A stretch of 60,726 nucleotides of DNA, filler included, from Nemertoderma westbladi (taxonomy: Eukaryota; Animalia; Xenacoelomorpha), in assembly GCA_032718475.1 (NCBI GenBank). It is 4 parts of 4 records of this genome, joined end to end, with 100 filler letters (N's around TTAATTAATTAA, not from the genome) between each part and the next. Parts side by side here need not be neighbours in the genome. Positions count along the whole stretch, not along the records: positions 21,258 to 36,515 come from JAUCBJ010000188.1; 3 more parts are not named here. The stretch is one strand, 5' to 3'. This document shows positions 24,086-36,615 of the stretch, in pieces. Within the stretch, counting starts at the first letter, position 1. The number at the start of each line of letters is the position of its first letter. Made by a program: the position numbers and the translations under genes. Under the pieces are notes generated by a model. It had not been told where the DNA came from and made no database searches. It saw only the letters and a program-made list of their open reading frames with translations.

Positions 24086-24294
24086 ATCTGTTTGTTTAGA
24101 TATCCTGGACTGGGATTTGTTGTCAGATACTGTACGAGCCCGTTTCATTACTAGAGTCTCATAGTAAGATACATCGTTATTAGGATCTGGTAAGCGGTAT
24201 ACTACTGGACATTACGGATAGAGATATTCTATAGCTTCGTCTTGGTAGATTTGTAGGCTGTAGGGTAGTCCCTACCGTAGAGGACACAACAGAT
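24082..24294. repeat. Terminal fragment of the ~1.1-kb dispersed repeat at 34484 and 50025
   Basis: GATATCCTGGACTGGGATTTGTTGTCAGATACTGTACGAGCCCG...GAGGACACAACAGAT. Confidence 0.9.
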
Positions 24295-24393
24295 GTAGAT
24301 ATAATAGCTTGTTAATTTTTTGTTTAATTTTTTTTTATATTATTTATTAGGCCTATAGGTACGGTAATTGGCACAGCTTTAATATGATATAAT

Positions 24394-24839
24394 TAGGGCC
24401 TGAAGCGGTTAACCGGTTAATTCAAATTATCCGGTTATAAATTGATTAACCGGTTAACCGGCTTAATGTCCCATTTTGAGGTTTTCAGGTTCTGTTACCA
24501 GTTTTATTACCTGTATGTTACCATTTTAATTAATGTTTATTTCCCATTGCGATGTTTCAGAAATTCATTTTATACTGTATGCAGCTGTAGGACTACAGTA
24601 CAGTATACATACACTATAGTACTGGTGGCTCTATCACAATAGAGCAATAGAGGCACTTAACAGTATTGCAAGTAGGGAGGTACTGTAGCTTAAGTTTGTA
24701 GCTTAAGTCAGCGATATAACTTTTAGTTTGTACCGTAGTATGTATGTTGCACCATTGTACCACAAACATTTCTACTTTTTAACCGGTTAATTGGAAATGG
24801 TTAACCGGTTGACTGAAAAATTAACCGCTTCAGGCCCTA
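24394..24839. mobile_element. hAT-family MITE
   Basis: 19-bp TIR TAGGGCCTGAAGCGGTTAA, perfect 8-bp TSD GATATAAT, subterminal TTAACCGG repeats. Confidence 0.95.
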
Positions 24840-25911
24840 GATATAATTTTAAATCTAATAATTAATCTGGTAATATATTAATTATTATGTATGATACAAT
24901 AGGTACGGTAATTAAGTTAATTAATAAAAAAATTATTTATTTATCAGTATTAATTTCTTTAATAAATTGAAATTTAATGAGGTCTTACTTATAAATTATG
25001 TATTATGTCATCTTCCTGTAAATTTGTATCATGAAAAGAATAACTCAAAGTCAAAATAGTTTCGCCACTTTTCACCCTTTAGCGGTGTGAATCATAATTT
25101 TTATTCTCACTTTCATTCTTTAGATGCAATCGTTTAAAAAGTGTCTCCGTCGATATTGCACCAGTCCTTTTTCCTCAACCTTATAGCAATCGTTGGTTAC
25201 TGTGAAATAGGTGGTAGACTTAATTAACAAGGATTCCAAATATGCTGAATGTAGATGAGAAATAGCTGGATATGGTCGTCCAAAGCGATCTCATTAAGAT
25301 TTGTATTATGTAAGACTTTAGTAGTTAATTAATTATGAGACTGTATTCCAGGGCATGATGTACAGTACACAAGATGTTATATATTATATTATTATTGTAA
25401 TTTACTGTTTGGTCTCGTTTATATTCGTGATTTATATAAAAAAAATACAGTGATATTTTAGTTTATTTTGTATATCAATATGTCGAATATATGCTATATA
25501 TGCTATATATATGCTATATGAATATATGCTCGCTTATTATTATTATTATATGCTTAACTGTTAACTAACTACATAATTAAGGCCTAACTACTGTACCGGT
25601 ATTTGCATTGAATGAACGGGATCCGCTCTTTACAAATTTGTAAACAGCGGACACCATAAGCGACATGTAAAGGTTATTCAATGATGTCTATGGGATCCGC
25701 TGCCTTAATGGTTTGCTATGGGATCCGCGTTTTACAAATTTGTATAATGCGGATACCATAGACTATTATTGGATCCGCGGATCCGTGGTTTCTAGGATCC
25801 GCGGATGCTACTGGGATCCGTCATTGCTTCTATGGTATCCGCAACAGGATCCGCGGATTTTGCTGGTATCCTCGTTTTACAAATGCCCGTGGGGGGGGGG
25901 GGGGGGGGGGG

Positions 25912-28330
25912 AATGAATCATGTCCACCAGGAAGGGGTGAACTTTAATGGAAAGTTATGGTAGTGATGATTAAGCCGGCCTTTGAAAACATTCAAGGATG
26001 GTGACGATATGACGGATTCGGAAAGCGCATTCCCCGGATCAACAACTCGGAAGTGGAAAGTTGAGTTCCTCTGAAATAGGCGCGCTCTAGGTTTGCACAA
26101 TGATTTCGAATGACCTCTAAGACCATCGCTGGGCGCAAGCGTGAGTACCGTGGAGCAGTCTACGTCCTCCATCCCGGATAGGTAGCGGAATACCTGGATT
26201 AGGTCCGCCCTGTGTCGGCGGTATTCTAATGTTGGGAGGCCCAATTCACGCAACCGCGTTGGATACGGTTTGTCTCGCATACTCCGGACTAACCTCGTTG
26301 CACGGTGCTGCACTGACTCTAATAATCGAATTTCGCCAATACGATGTGGGGATCAGACTGGGGAAGCGTATTCTAGAATGGGTCTCACCAATGATTTGTA
26401 TAAATTAATAAACATTGCGGAGTCCAATATTTTAAACGTCACACCGAGATTCTTCTTGAATTGAACTGTTTCCAATGATGACGTACCAAGAATATACTGA
26501 AAACCGGGGTTATTGAATCCTAGGTGCATTATTTTGCCCTTCTTGCTGTTGAATAGTAGCTGCCACGTTGTGCTCCAGGTGTACAATATATCTAAGTCAG
26601 ACTGAAGTGGTCCTATGGAATGCTGAGGAATGCTAGGGTGGAAAATGCAGCTGTCTTTCGTGTCATCTGCGAACAATTGTAGAATGAAATTCGCATGTCG
26701 TTCACGTAGCTGATGAAGTATATTATAGAGTTTACCCCACCCTGTGGAACCCCGCTGGTGACTGGAAGCCAATCTGACTGTTTGCCATCAACCACGACTC
26801 TCTGGTATCTTCCGTGTAGGAAATTACGGATCCATCCCAATAAGTTACCGGATATTCCAAGGGACTCCAGTTTACTCAAAAGCCATCTGTGTGGAACTAA
26901 ATCAAACGCCTTAGAGAAGTCTAAGTAGGCGATGTCAACGCACTCACGATTGTCCAGTGCCAATGACCAGGAGTAGATAGCATCCAGTAATTGGAGGCAA
27001 CATGATCGACCCTCGCGAAATCCATATTGTGAGTTTGTTATAATGAAATTATCCTTATAATGTCCCCACATTGTATCTGCAACAATACGCTCTATGAGTT
27101 TTGCAACTACAGACGTCAGACTGACCTTTCTATAGTTGGCTGGGTCATATTTGAAGCCATTTTTAAAAATTGGGGTAATATTGGCTAATGTCATGGATTT
27201 GTGGAACAGAATAGAAGTGGCCCAGCAAGTTCGGCAGATAGCTCTTTTATCATTATAGGGTATATTCCATCAGGGCCCGGGGCGCCTGATTTTGTCGATT
27301 TCGTGATCACTTCAGACAATATAGATGGCGTGAACTCAACTGTCTTTAAGTGGTGATCGTAGGTATATGGATGTAGGACAGATGGGATTATGCTGATATC
27401 CTTTAGTGTTGCAACTGAGCTGTAGTGTTTGTTGGTTGTAGTGTCTGCTAGAGGTCACCAGTTTCCCATTGTTTTACGTTTGGATTGTATGAATTTCCAG
27501 AATTCTTTAGAGTTAGTTGAGGCTTTCCTAGCAATCTCCTTTTCATGATTGTGTTGTGCTTCCCTGATTCGAATTGTACACTCGTTTCTAGCTGCTTTGT
27601 ATCATGAATAAGACGTGTCACTCTGATAATGTTTATGTAAGCCCCTCAGATCCCTCTTGTTTCGTATTAGTGCTCGAATTTCTCTTGTCATCCATTGAGG
27701 CGATTTGTTCCCAATCCTCCGTATTTTAACTTTAGGAATGAATTTCTCACATGATGCTGATATCCTGTTGTGAATCATGGACCATGCTGATTGGGTGCCC
27801 ATGTCTGTGAGATATCTAGACCAGTTCATCAATGTTAATTCCGACTGGATGCAAGTGAAGTCTGCTCTCGCGAAGTTATAACGTTGTCTAGTATCTGTAT
27901 TAACTGTTCTAGAACTAGAACGAGCAACCATCACATCGAACTCAATTACACTGTAGTCACTCACTCCTAGGGGAGGATGATAAACAAGCGGCTCAAGGGA
28001 ATATTCATTGCTTGATAGTACTAAGTCCAGTAGATTCGGTGTTTTGCCATGTCAGAACCGTGTAGGTCGATCCACATGTTGCAAGAGATAGTTATCCTGG
28101 ATGCTGGACAACAATGTATTTTCACCAGTATCACATGATGATAAAGTTTCCCAGTCTGTGTTAGGCATATTGAAATCGCCATTCATTATAATGTTGCTGT
28201 GTCTATTGGATTTACAGATGCGACTAATTAGGTCCGCCACATGAGCACAGTTGTTGTAGTACCTTGGGTTACCACTCCGATAAATACAATTCAATATATT
28301 AGATTTGGTCTGTGCCGACAATTTAAAATG
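25912..28330 (-). mobile_element. CR1-clade LINE ORF2 relic (APE + RT), multiply frameshifted
   Basis: IYRS, GDFNMP, LLQHVDRPTR, NYRKVSLTS, YLDFSKAFD, VTSGVPQG, FADDTK, LYKSLVRPILEYA, LPTLEYRRHRADLIQVF; ATTC-type tail abutting a G21 run. Confidence 0.93.
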
Positions 28331-28399
28331 GTCAATCAGTGAAGTATGCACACACAACACAATTTAAAATGGTAGCAAATGATACACAATATCTATATA

Positions 28400-31300
28400 C
28401 AATACATGTTGACAGTATAAATACAATATATGGTAAGATATCAATAAGTTTTCAATATACGAAATAAGACACTGAAGTTGTAATTAGACAAATCAGTTGT
28501 AATTGTATGTTTTAATATTTCAGGAACCCACCGGAAAGTTATGTCGGATAATATCAGTGCGGTATGTCGAAAAATTCTAGTATACGTGTGTGTTTGTGGT
28601 CAAATGTTGCACCACTATGGTCATAACACTGCCGGATGAATTCGTAGTTGGTGGTCTCACCTGGTGTCAATGCCCCTGGTTCAAGCCTTGACAGTATCTC
28701 CGGTTTACTGTAGTCGTAGTTGAGCAGAGGTGATATAGGTGGTATTGGGAAGAGACACCTGCAGTTGTTGCAAGTCGACCCGTGGCCTATGTATAAACTG
28801 TTAGATGTCTGGGAATTCAGTTGGGTTAAGAAACTGAGGGTGATGTGGAGATTGAACTTTGGACAACTCGAAACTCGCAAAATTGTCCCAAGCGATGCTG
28901 CAAATGCATCGGATGTGATAGGGTTACATTTCATCAGTTTGTAGACAATTTGATTGCTGGCATAGTTACCCAAATGTAGCAAACCACGGAGTATTCGCCT
29001 ATAGTAGACTTCCAGTTTAGTCAACTCGGTGTCTGTCAATGAGCCAACTAAGAATTTAACGCTATACAGTATACATGGGATTGCTATTGATGACCAAAGA
29101 AGACTCAAGGTCGCTGTATTTAACCACCGCACAGTCTAGTCATTTCTATGGAAAGATTCGGAAATGGAGGAAATGGTTTGAATGCAGTCGGCCAGAGCCC
29201 TGGGATTGAAGTGAAGTTTAAAGCCCAAAAACTTAATTGATTGGCTGCAAGGCACCAGGCGGCCATTGACATTGAGGAAAGTTGTGATGTCACGCTCATG
29301 GCGACCGTAGCCAAATATACACATCCAACGTGTCTTGCTTTCTTCGATGGTTAGTTGAACTTTAGCTAGATTCTCGGTCACTATTTTGTGTTGGTCCTCG
29401 ATTTCCTGGGCGGATTTTCCAATGAGGAGAATATCGTCTGCATAACAAATTGAACCCAGCCATCCAACTGCAAGGCTGTGTCCGAAACCGGCATTGTTCA
29501 GTGCCCCTAGAGTTCCGCCTGTGTAAAAATTAAAGAGTAACAGGGAGAGCAGCGAACCCTGCTTCATGCCATGTTTGAGCGGTATCCCGTCAGTGGAGAC
29601 TGTTGAACCGAATTTAAGGAATGCTATGCTGCATCTGTAGTATGCCAGTAGCGAGAGGCATATGAAAGGGTTGATGTGATGTCGCAGTTTGCTGAAGAGG
29701 GTCAAGTACTCCACACTATCGAAGGCTGCCTCAACGTCCAACTGGCAGATGTAGACAGAGACTCCCTTTCAGCGTTGTGTCTCTAGACATTTAAGCAGGG
29801 CTCCGATAATCAGATCGGAACCAATCCTCTTTTGGTATGCCAGCTGTGATGGTGGAATGATGTCATGGATCGGGAGAAACTCACTGAGAAGCACGGACTC
29901 GAACACCTTTGCAAATAGGTTGACTGTGGCAATGCGTCTATACGATTTGGGGTGAAGAGGGTCACGGCCCTTGCCCTTGTGCAGATGGGTGACGATTGTT
30001 TTGCCAAATAGCTGAGGTACTTCACCGAGTCTAAACGATGCATTGATTATATCTGCTAGGACTTCACATATTAACTCCAAGTTAATGCTGATGATATGTT
30101 CAACGACGAGTGAATTAATATCCGGTGTCTTTCCTTTGGAGAGGATAGATACTGCTCTCTTTATTGTCAGAGGTGCGACCGCCGGGAGATTGGCAGTGTT
30201 GCTCACCTCTTGTACCTCGTCTATCAATTGTGATAAGGACTTAATGTAATCTGTATCTTCTTTATGGGTCTTAGACATGTTGCTTCTGATATTCTGTTGG
30301 ACGCTGGCAGGAGGTTCTTGAGAGGATTTCGGTTTGAAACTATTCCAAAATTTTTTGGGATCTCTCCTTAGCAGCTTAGATCTGCTGTTCACCGCATTGG
30401 ATACTTGGTATTTGATAACCAATTTTTTAGTCGTCTCCCGGCGTGTTTCGATTCCTTAAATGCCTGCCCATAAGTACTACTTTCATCCTTCCCTTCGCCG
30501 CACCACAGGTTGTAGAGTTGATGCGTTGTTTTAGAGCGTTCCTTGATTTGATTCGACCTTATTCTAAGATTCTTAGATCTTCAATGTACCTTTATGATGG
30601 GGAAAATTGCCTTCGCTGATTGGAATATAGTATCTTTAACTCCTGTGGTAAACATCTCCAGCTCGTCCCTGGACCATTTCGTGTGATGTGGAAAGCCAGA
30701 ACGGATAATATTAATGCCACTATCCACCAGTTGGTTGTAATTCTCAGTTTGCTCACTGGTTACTTTATCCCAGGCAAACCGTATGGTGGAAATCAGGTTG
30801 GTGTCACAAAACTTTTCACTTTGTTTATTTGTATGTAACCTAAAAGTGGCTGTTACAGGAACGTGGTCCGAGTCGTTACGGACCGGGTCCTCATCGTACA
30901 CCGTGCCATTCGTTAGGAAACTCATTCCAGTTTCACTGGTAATACTGTGGTCAATATACGAGTGGCCACGACCCCTGAAGGTAATACATGGGCCAGAGAA
31001 CTTTGAGGTTGTGTCGGCGCATATATAGTAGTTAGACGATAAGAAGCTGTTGAGCATTTCTCCCCTTATCGTTGCTGTTGTCCTCAAGAACCTGGGCCCC
31101 TGTAAGGGACCAACGTCCGAACAACAGGGACGCTGGAGTTCCCGCCACCTTTCTCTCAATTTAAACTCGGCTTCCGTTCAAACTTTGACAGGTCCCGATC
31201 AAAATATAGACGGATGCCCCCAACTACATACTCCCCAGTCTCAGAATTTCTTGGAAAGGCAACTTTTCATGCAGTTTGTCTTCTAAATAAACTTCATCAA

Positions 31301-31790
31301 GTTACCGTTGTTGGTGTTGAGTGTTTGTCTGGTTGTCTCCCGGAACTCGATGAATAATGACATTAAGTTCCCTCTTGTCATTTAGGTGGATTACTTTCTC
31401 AATCGTTGCAGAAGCTACGGCAGTCGAATTGTATTTCGCAACTGTATCCTACAGTTCTTGCAACTGGACTCTGTTTTTCTTTACGACTTCAGTCCAGGAA
31501 CATGGACTGTCTCCAGCTTCGTTGTTATCCGCCACTACTAACATTAACGCCCTGGTGGACAGTGCAGCCACATTTGTTACATTTGCAGTATCAAGCTCCT
31601 CCAGTTTGGATTGGACTTCTGCCTGTGTTGACTCATATCCATCCAACCGAATATCGAGTTCAGCCCGTTAAGTTGACAGATCGTCCAGTACTACAAGTCT
31701 CTTCGGACCAGCATCACCTTCCATCATAGTTGTGCCGTTAGCTCAGTAGCTGTCACTACCGTTGCGAAATTGCAGCGTCCAGGTCGTCAC
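28400..31790 (-). mobile_element. Degenerate non-LTR retrotransposon (ORF1 remnant + APE + RT), clade uncertain
   Basis: ORF1-like WTEVVKK; APE SYIDH and SDHVPV; RT SYRRI, DVEAAFDSV, GMKQGSLLS, YADD, KFLG. The APE N-terminus appears deleted near 31100. Confidence 0.88.
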
Positions 31791-31811
31791 GTGTGGCTAA
31801 GTAACACGAAT

Positions 31812-31909
31812 AGTTCCCAAAAGGCACTTTGGTACTTTGTCATTTTCCAGGTACCTAAATAATTGCAACCAGCGTAAATGCCAAAATGCCAGAGTGCTTT
31901 TGGGGAACT
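31812..31909. repeat. Small inverted repeat / MITE remnant
   Basis: AGTTCCCAAAAGGCACTTTGG / CCAGAGTGCTTTTGGGGAACT; a third motif copy near 31928. Confidence 0.5.
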
Positions 31910-33470
31910 GTAGTACAAATCCTTAAGAGTTCCCTAAAGGCACTTTGTCATTCTGGCGTTTAATTGTAAATCATTATTCGCTGAGATCCGGGTAGGCCTA
32001 AAGAACTTTATCCTTTTTTAAGAACACTTTACTGTATAAGTGTGAAGGACCTATAATGTACTCCATAACATACTATAATATTTAATTGATAAAGTATTAC
32101 TTAGTTATTGTAGTTCAACATAGTATTAATATTCATTCGCAGTATTGACTGCAGATCAGCAGATAGGGGGGACTTTCGACGCAATACAAATTAATTCCTC
32201 TCCAGGGGAAATTCGACGCAAATAACAGCTGATTACTCTCAAAAATAAAACTGTAACCTGTTCTATTGTGTTAAGTTTATTGTTTTGGTTAGAATAACGT
32301 GCCACTGTAACCTGCTCCTGCTCTTTTAAAATTTATTTTTAAATTATATACTTTTAAACGGGTAACAGACGTTTCGGTCTAAGACGTTTTGGCCTAGGAC
32401 GTTTCGGCCCAATGAATGAAATACAAGATTTGCATGTCGGACGTTTTGGCCCAAAGATTAACTTTTCTCCCTTAAATAAGCTATTAATAACAAATTATTC
32501 AATATATTTGTTTTGTAGTTGTTACGTTCGTTACAAGAGGAGTTGTCAGTAGGAACTGCTCCGACACTTGTTTGAAAGTCGTCAAGATCGAAGTTCTACA
32601 TTATATTTATAAATAATAACTAATGTAATATTATTATTATTATTTATTAATATAAATTTACACCATACTGTAACTTAAAACAAAGATAACATATGCTGAC
32701 AAATTAACTTTAGTATTATGATGATGGGGTTTCCCCCATAAAAAAAACATACGTATTTCAAAATGTGAGTCAATAAATTAAGTACATTAAAATACACGGA
32801 ATTAAAATTATTACTGTATTTTAATGTTGGTCTTAAAAATATACTAGATTAGAAATATTCCATTAAAGGAGCATTGCTAATAATTATGAGACAGACTGGA
32901 TGTCATATGGAATGAGATAAAATATATGCGTATTAAATTTATATGAAATATATGCGTATTAAATTTAAATTTACATGAAATATATGCGCATTAAAAGGAC
33001 CAGAGTGGATGCGAAGTGAAATAAAATATATATTAATAAAAGCATTATACGTCGTTATCTATGGGTATAAATCAAAATCATCTATCATCGAAGATGAGAG
33101 TTATTGTTTTAACAGATCATTAAGACATAGCTGCAACACATTGTCCAGCTACAAGAATTATCAATTGAGTAATGTTTAAAGTTAATGAAGTATCTCCAAA
33201 ATATATCGATCAGACGAGATATAAGCTCTAAATGGTACGTGAAATTGATTTACTTTGGTAGTACTGTATATTAGCAATGTGGTACTCGAGACCAATAGAT
33301 TTGTTCTGACTTTCATTTTTTCGGCCGCTGATGAATTATTTCACTATAAGGTAGCATTTGTAGTTTAACTTTAACGTAAAAACTTTCGAAAATCCGACGC
33401 ATTTTGATTAAGTTACAGTAATGTAATATGCCTATTCATATTTGTACACATAAAACCCTTAGGTACTCTC

Positions 33471-33815
33471 GTGGCGTAGTGGTCAGATGGTTAAGGCGTT
33501 GGTTACATTACATAGGTTACGAGTTCGAATCCCGGTCGGGAAATTTGTATTTTGGGGCCATTTATTTTCGTTTGGTGCTAATTGGTGGACCAATGAGAAG
33601 CGTACAACGTAGCGAATGATGAGCCAGGCCAATCATAGGGCATAAATTATCTTATTGCTCAAATGTGAGGCAGTGGAAAATTCTGTTAGGATTCCATGTC
33701 CCAGATTAGTGTAAGGGCCGGACTGCGTTGAACGATGAGCTGGGCCAATCATAGGGCACAAAGCACTTTATTGCTCAAATGTGAAGCTGTGGAAAATTCT
33801 GTTTGGTTTCCATGT
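33471..33815 (+). mobile_element. tRNA-derived SINE-like head followed by a ~117-bp tandem duplication
   Basis: A-box TGGCGTAGTGG, B-box GAGTTCGAATCCC (33521-33533); GATGAGC..GGCCAATCATAGGGCA at ~33618 and ~33734. Confidence 0.55.
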
Positions 33816-34004
33816 GCGATATTTAGTATAAAAAGGCCGGTTTGCCTTCGGTTATCACTTACTCTCTTACACTTATCACGTTACTTCACTCTTATCCCAG
33901 ATTAGTATTAGTTCAATTGTTAATTTAGTTTATTTGGTTTCTTGTTGAAACTTTGTTTGATAAATCCTTTGTAAAACTGTAAATATACTGCAAATTCCTG
34001 AACA

Positions 34005-34316
34005 TGTTTTCTTTTGGTCCAACTTTGGGACAGCCAAACATCAGGGAAGATGGCAGCCTAGACCGTTAGGCCGTAAGCAACGCAGGGAAAAGATGTCCAC
34101 AACACGCTAGCGCCCACATTGGATTGACCGCGCACCCCCTTTGCCCTTCGAAATGCTCAACTTGCCATGCAGCGCCCGCTTTGTGAGAAGGTAAGACTTT
34201 GTTCGACGCCCTTGCCCGCCGTAAGACCTATAGATCAGGGTAAGCGTGACGCCGTCCTGGACGCCGCAAATTTAGGATCAAATAATTATATTCAGACAGA
34301 AACACCCCCCCCCTTT
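34005..34316 (-). mobile_element. Probable 3' LTR (~300 bp) with polypurine tract of an LTR retroelement
   Basis: Minus strand AAAGGGGGGGGG immediately followed by TGTTT; possible matching end AAACA at 34005-34009. No partner LTR seen. Confidence 0.4.
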
Positions 34317-34483
34317 GTCAGTCCTACGAACCCCTGGGTTAACCTGTACTTCCTACAGGTGCGAACTATTGCCATTCGTCAGTACGCGAGTACATATTAG
34401 GTACGGACAGCATATGTTCCATAATTTAGTGATTCGTAGTACTGACTGTTTGGTACCGGTTCGCTTTGTAGAACGTACATTAG

Positions 34484-35617
34484 TACCCCCCCCCCCCCCC
34501 CTGTCTGGAGTTAGCTATTTGATCAGGCAAGGAGTATTTCTGCTACCGGCACACTGCTTGGCCTAGGGAGGTTTATTAATATCCTACCGCGCCTTGCCAC
34601 GTACTGATAGGTATTGCTGCTAACTACCGCAGCAACAAAGTTCTAGAATTAAATTAGTATACCAGATCAGCTAACGTACGGTAGCGATTAACCCCTATTT
34701 CTTATCTTACAACCAGAATCTGGTATTAGTGCCGATCACGGGTGTAGTTACTAACACCGTGGTTGCCCATTGGGTTGTGGATAGGAAGGAGAGAGCTTTG
34801 ACGTCATTTGTGAGTATAAAGTTCTACAAAACGCGACTAGTTTATTTTAGTAGCTAGCGCACGGTATCATTTCGGTCAGAAAATCACTAAAACCTAGTAA
34901 AAGGAATTACACGAAATTGTTTTATTTGTAACACACCCACACACACACGCCCTAAAACATATTGCCCTTAGAGTTCTACTAGCTATAGCGCACTATACAT
35001 TACTTTAGGTAGAAATTATCTGTATTTGTAAAATTAGGATCTGATTTAGTTGCGGCAAGAGAGAGTATTTCACTTTCGTTATTAAACTGTTGTTTTCTGT
35101 CCAGCAGTATTGTTACATTTAGGCCTGACCCTTTAGACTGATTTCGTACAGGGGGATCAGTTATCGTTACATTTAGGCACGACCTTTTAGGCTGATTTAG
35201 ACAGGGGTAATCAGCATTGTTACACTAGGTCTGTTAACCACCTAGTTCGTATATAAACCATATAAATCACACCGCGGCAAGTTACTGTATTTAGGACTGT
35301 CAGTGATAGTTAGGATTCGCTGCGCGGGGATTGTTTTCCCGTGAGTTTGGTCTGTTACTGTAACTGTACATCTGCCTCACCGGTTAGAGGACAGGTATCC
35401 TTTTGTCTAGTACGTAGGCATTAGACCCGCTCACGTACATAGAATAGATACTAGGCTCTGTTCCTCGCCAGTAGTCGTTTGTGTATTGTATCTGTTTGTT
35501 TAGATATCCTGGACTGGGATTTGTTGTCAGATACTGTACGAGCCCGTATACATTACTAGAGTCTCATAGTAAGATACATCGTTACTAGGATCTGGTAAGC
35601 GGTATACTACTGGACCC
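34484..35617. repeat. ~1.1-kb non-coding dispersed repeat, copy 1 (possibly the 3' UTR of an LTR element)
   Basis: Colinear with 50025-51115 from the poly-C run onward (TATTTGATCAGGCAAGGAGTATTTCTGCTACCGGCACAC...). Confidence 0.9.
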
Positions 35618-35694
35618 TTACAGTAGGAAGTATTATTATACAAATTCTGAAATTAGTGTATAGTACTTCTATCGTAGTTTTCTCGTAGAATTCT

Positions 35695-36515
35695 GAATAC
35701 GGCGGTCGTTCAGATCGTAATGCGGGCCACTGCCAAGTTCATCGTGCCTCACTCCGGTCACCCACCTTGGAGTGCGGTGGGAAGAGTCCCACTTACTGAC
35801 TTACGTCGACGACTGGACGAAACGACGAGGATTGCGATCTGGGTTTAGCGGCGGCCCGGATCCTGGGATCGCCTGGGGGAAATGGTTGAACGTTGGGCAG
35901 ACGTTATCGCACTGGATTACGTTCTCTGTGACGCGAAAAGTGTGAAGCGAATTCGTTGTCGAATTGGGTCGGAAGCTGCGGGAATTCCTACTGTTCTACG
36001 GGAGTAAACCGCAGCGGTCCGGTGACTAGACTACGGACGGATACTACTGGGATAAGCAGGTATTTCGATCGAGTTTCTCGTATTCTCGATGCTCGAGGCG
36101 GATAGAGAGTTGGTTGTGTTGGGCGGTGTTGTTCAATTCTATCAAACATATTAAATAATTGGTAAAATAATAGAAACACACCAGATAAAGATACTGAGCT
36201 TATGGTAAAGAGATAGGCCGAACTTACAATTTCCAAATAGATTGTTCATATAATAAATATATTTTTGGTATTTGGATTTCAAGATAGGGGGGGGGGGGGG
36301 GGGGGGGGGGGGCTGGACGCAATAAAAATTCATCCCTCTCCAGGGGAAATTGGACGCAAATAACAACAGCTGATTACTCTCAAAAATAAAACTGTAACCT
36401 GTTCTATTGTGTTTACTTTATTGTTTTGGTTAAAATAACGTGCCACTGTAACCTGCTCCTTTCCCAAAATTTAGAAATTAATATTGAGGCGGGATATTAA
36501 TTCGCCAAGATGGGA
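35695..36515 (+). repeat. Duplication copy 2, running into the gap
   Basis: Matches 21700-22512 with a handful of substitutions and homopolymer indels. Confidence 0.97.
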
Positions 36516-36615
36516 NNNNNNNNNNNNNNNNNNNNNNNNNNNNNNNNNNNNNNNNNNNNTTAATTAATTAANNNNNNNNNNNNNNNNNNNNNNNNNNNNN
36601 NNNNNNNNNNNNNNN
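36516..36615. other. Assembly gap with artificial linker
   Basis: N44-TTAATTAATTAA-N44. Confidence 0.98.

Noticed and set aside
4321-33540. Functional tRNA genes at ~4321, ~15765 and ~33471
   Set aside because: A/B boxes are present but acceptor and anticodon stems do not pair convincingly; treated as SINE heads.
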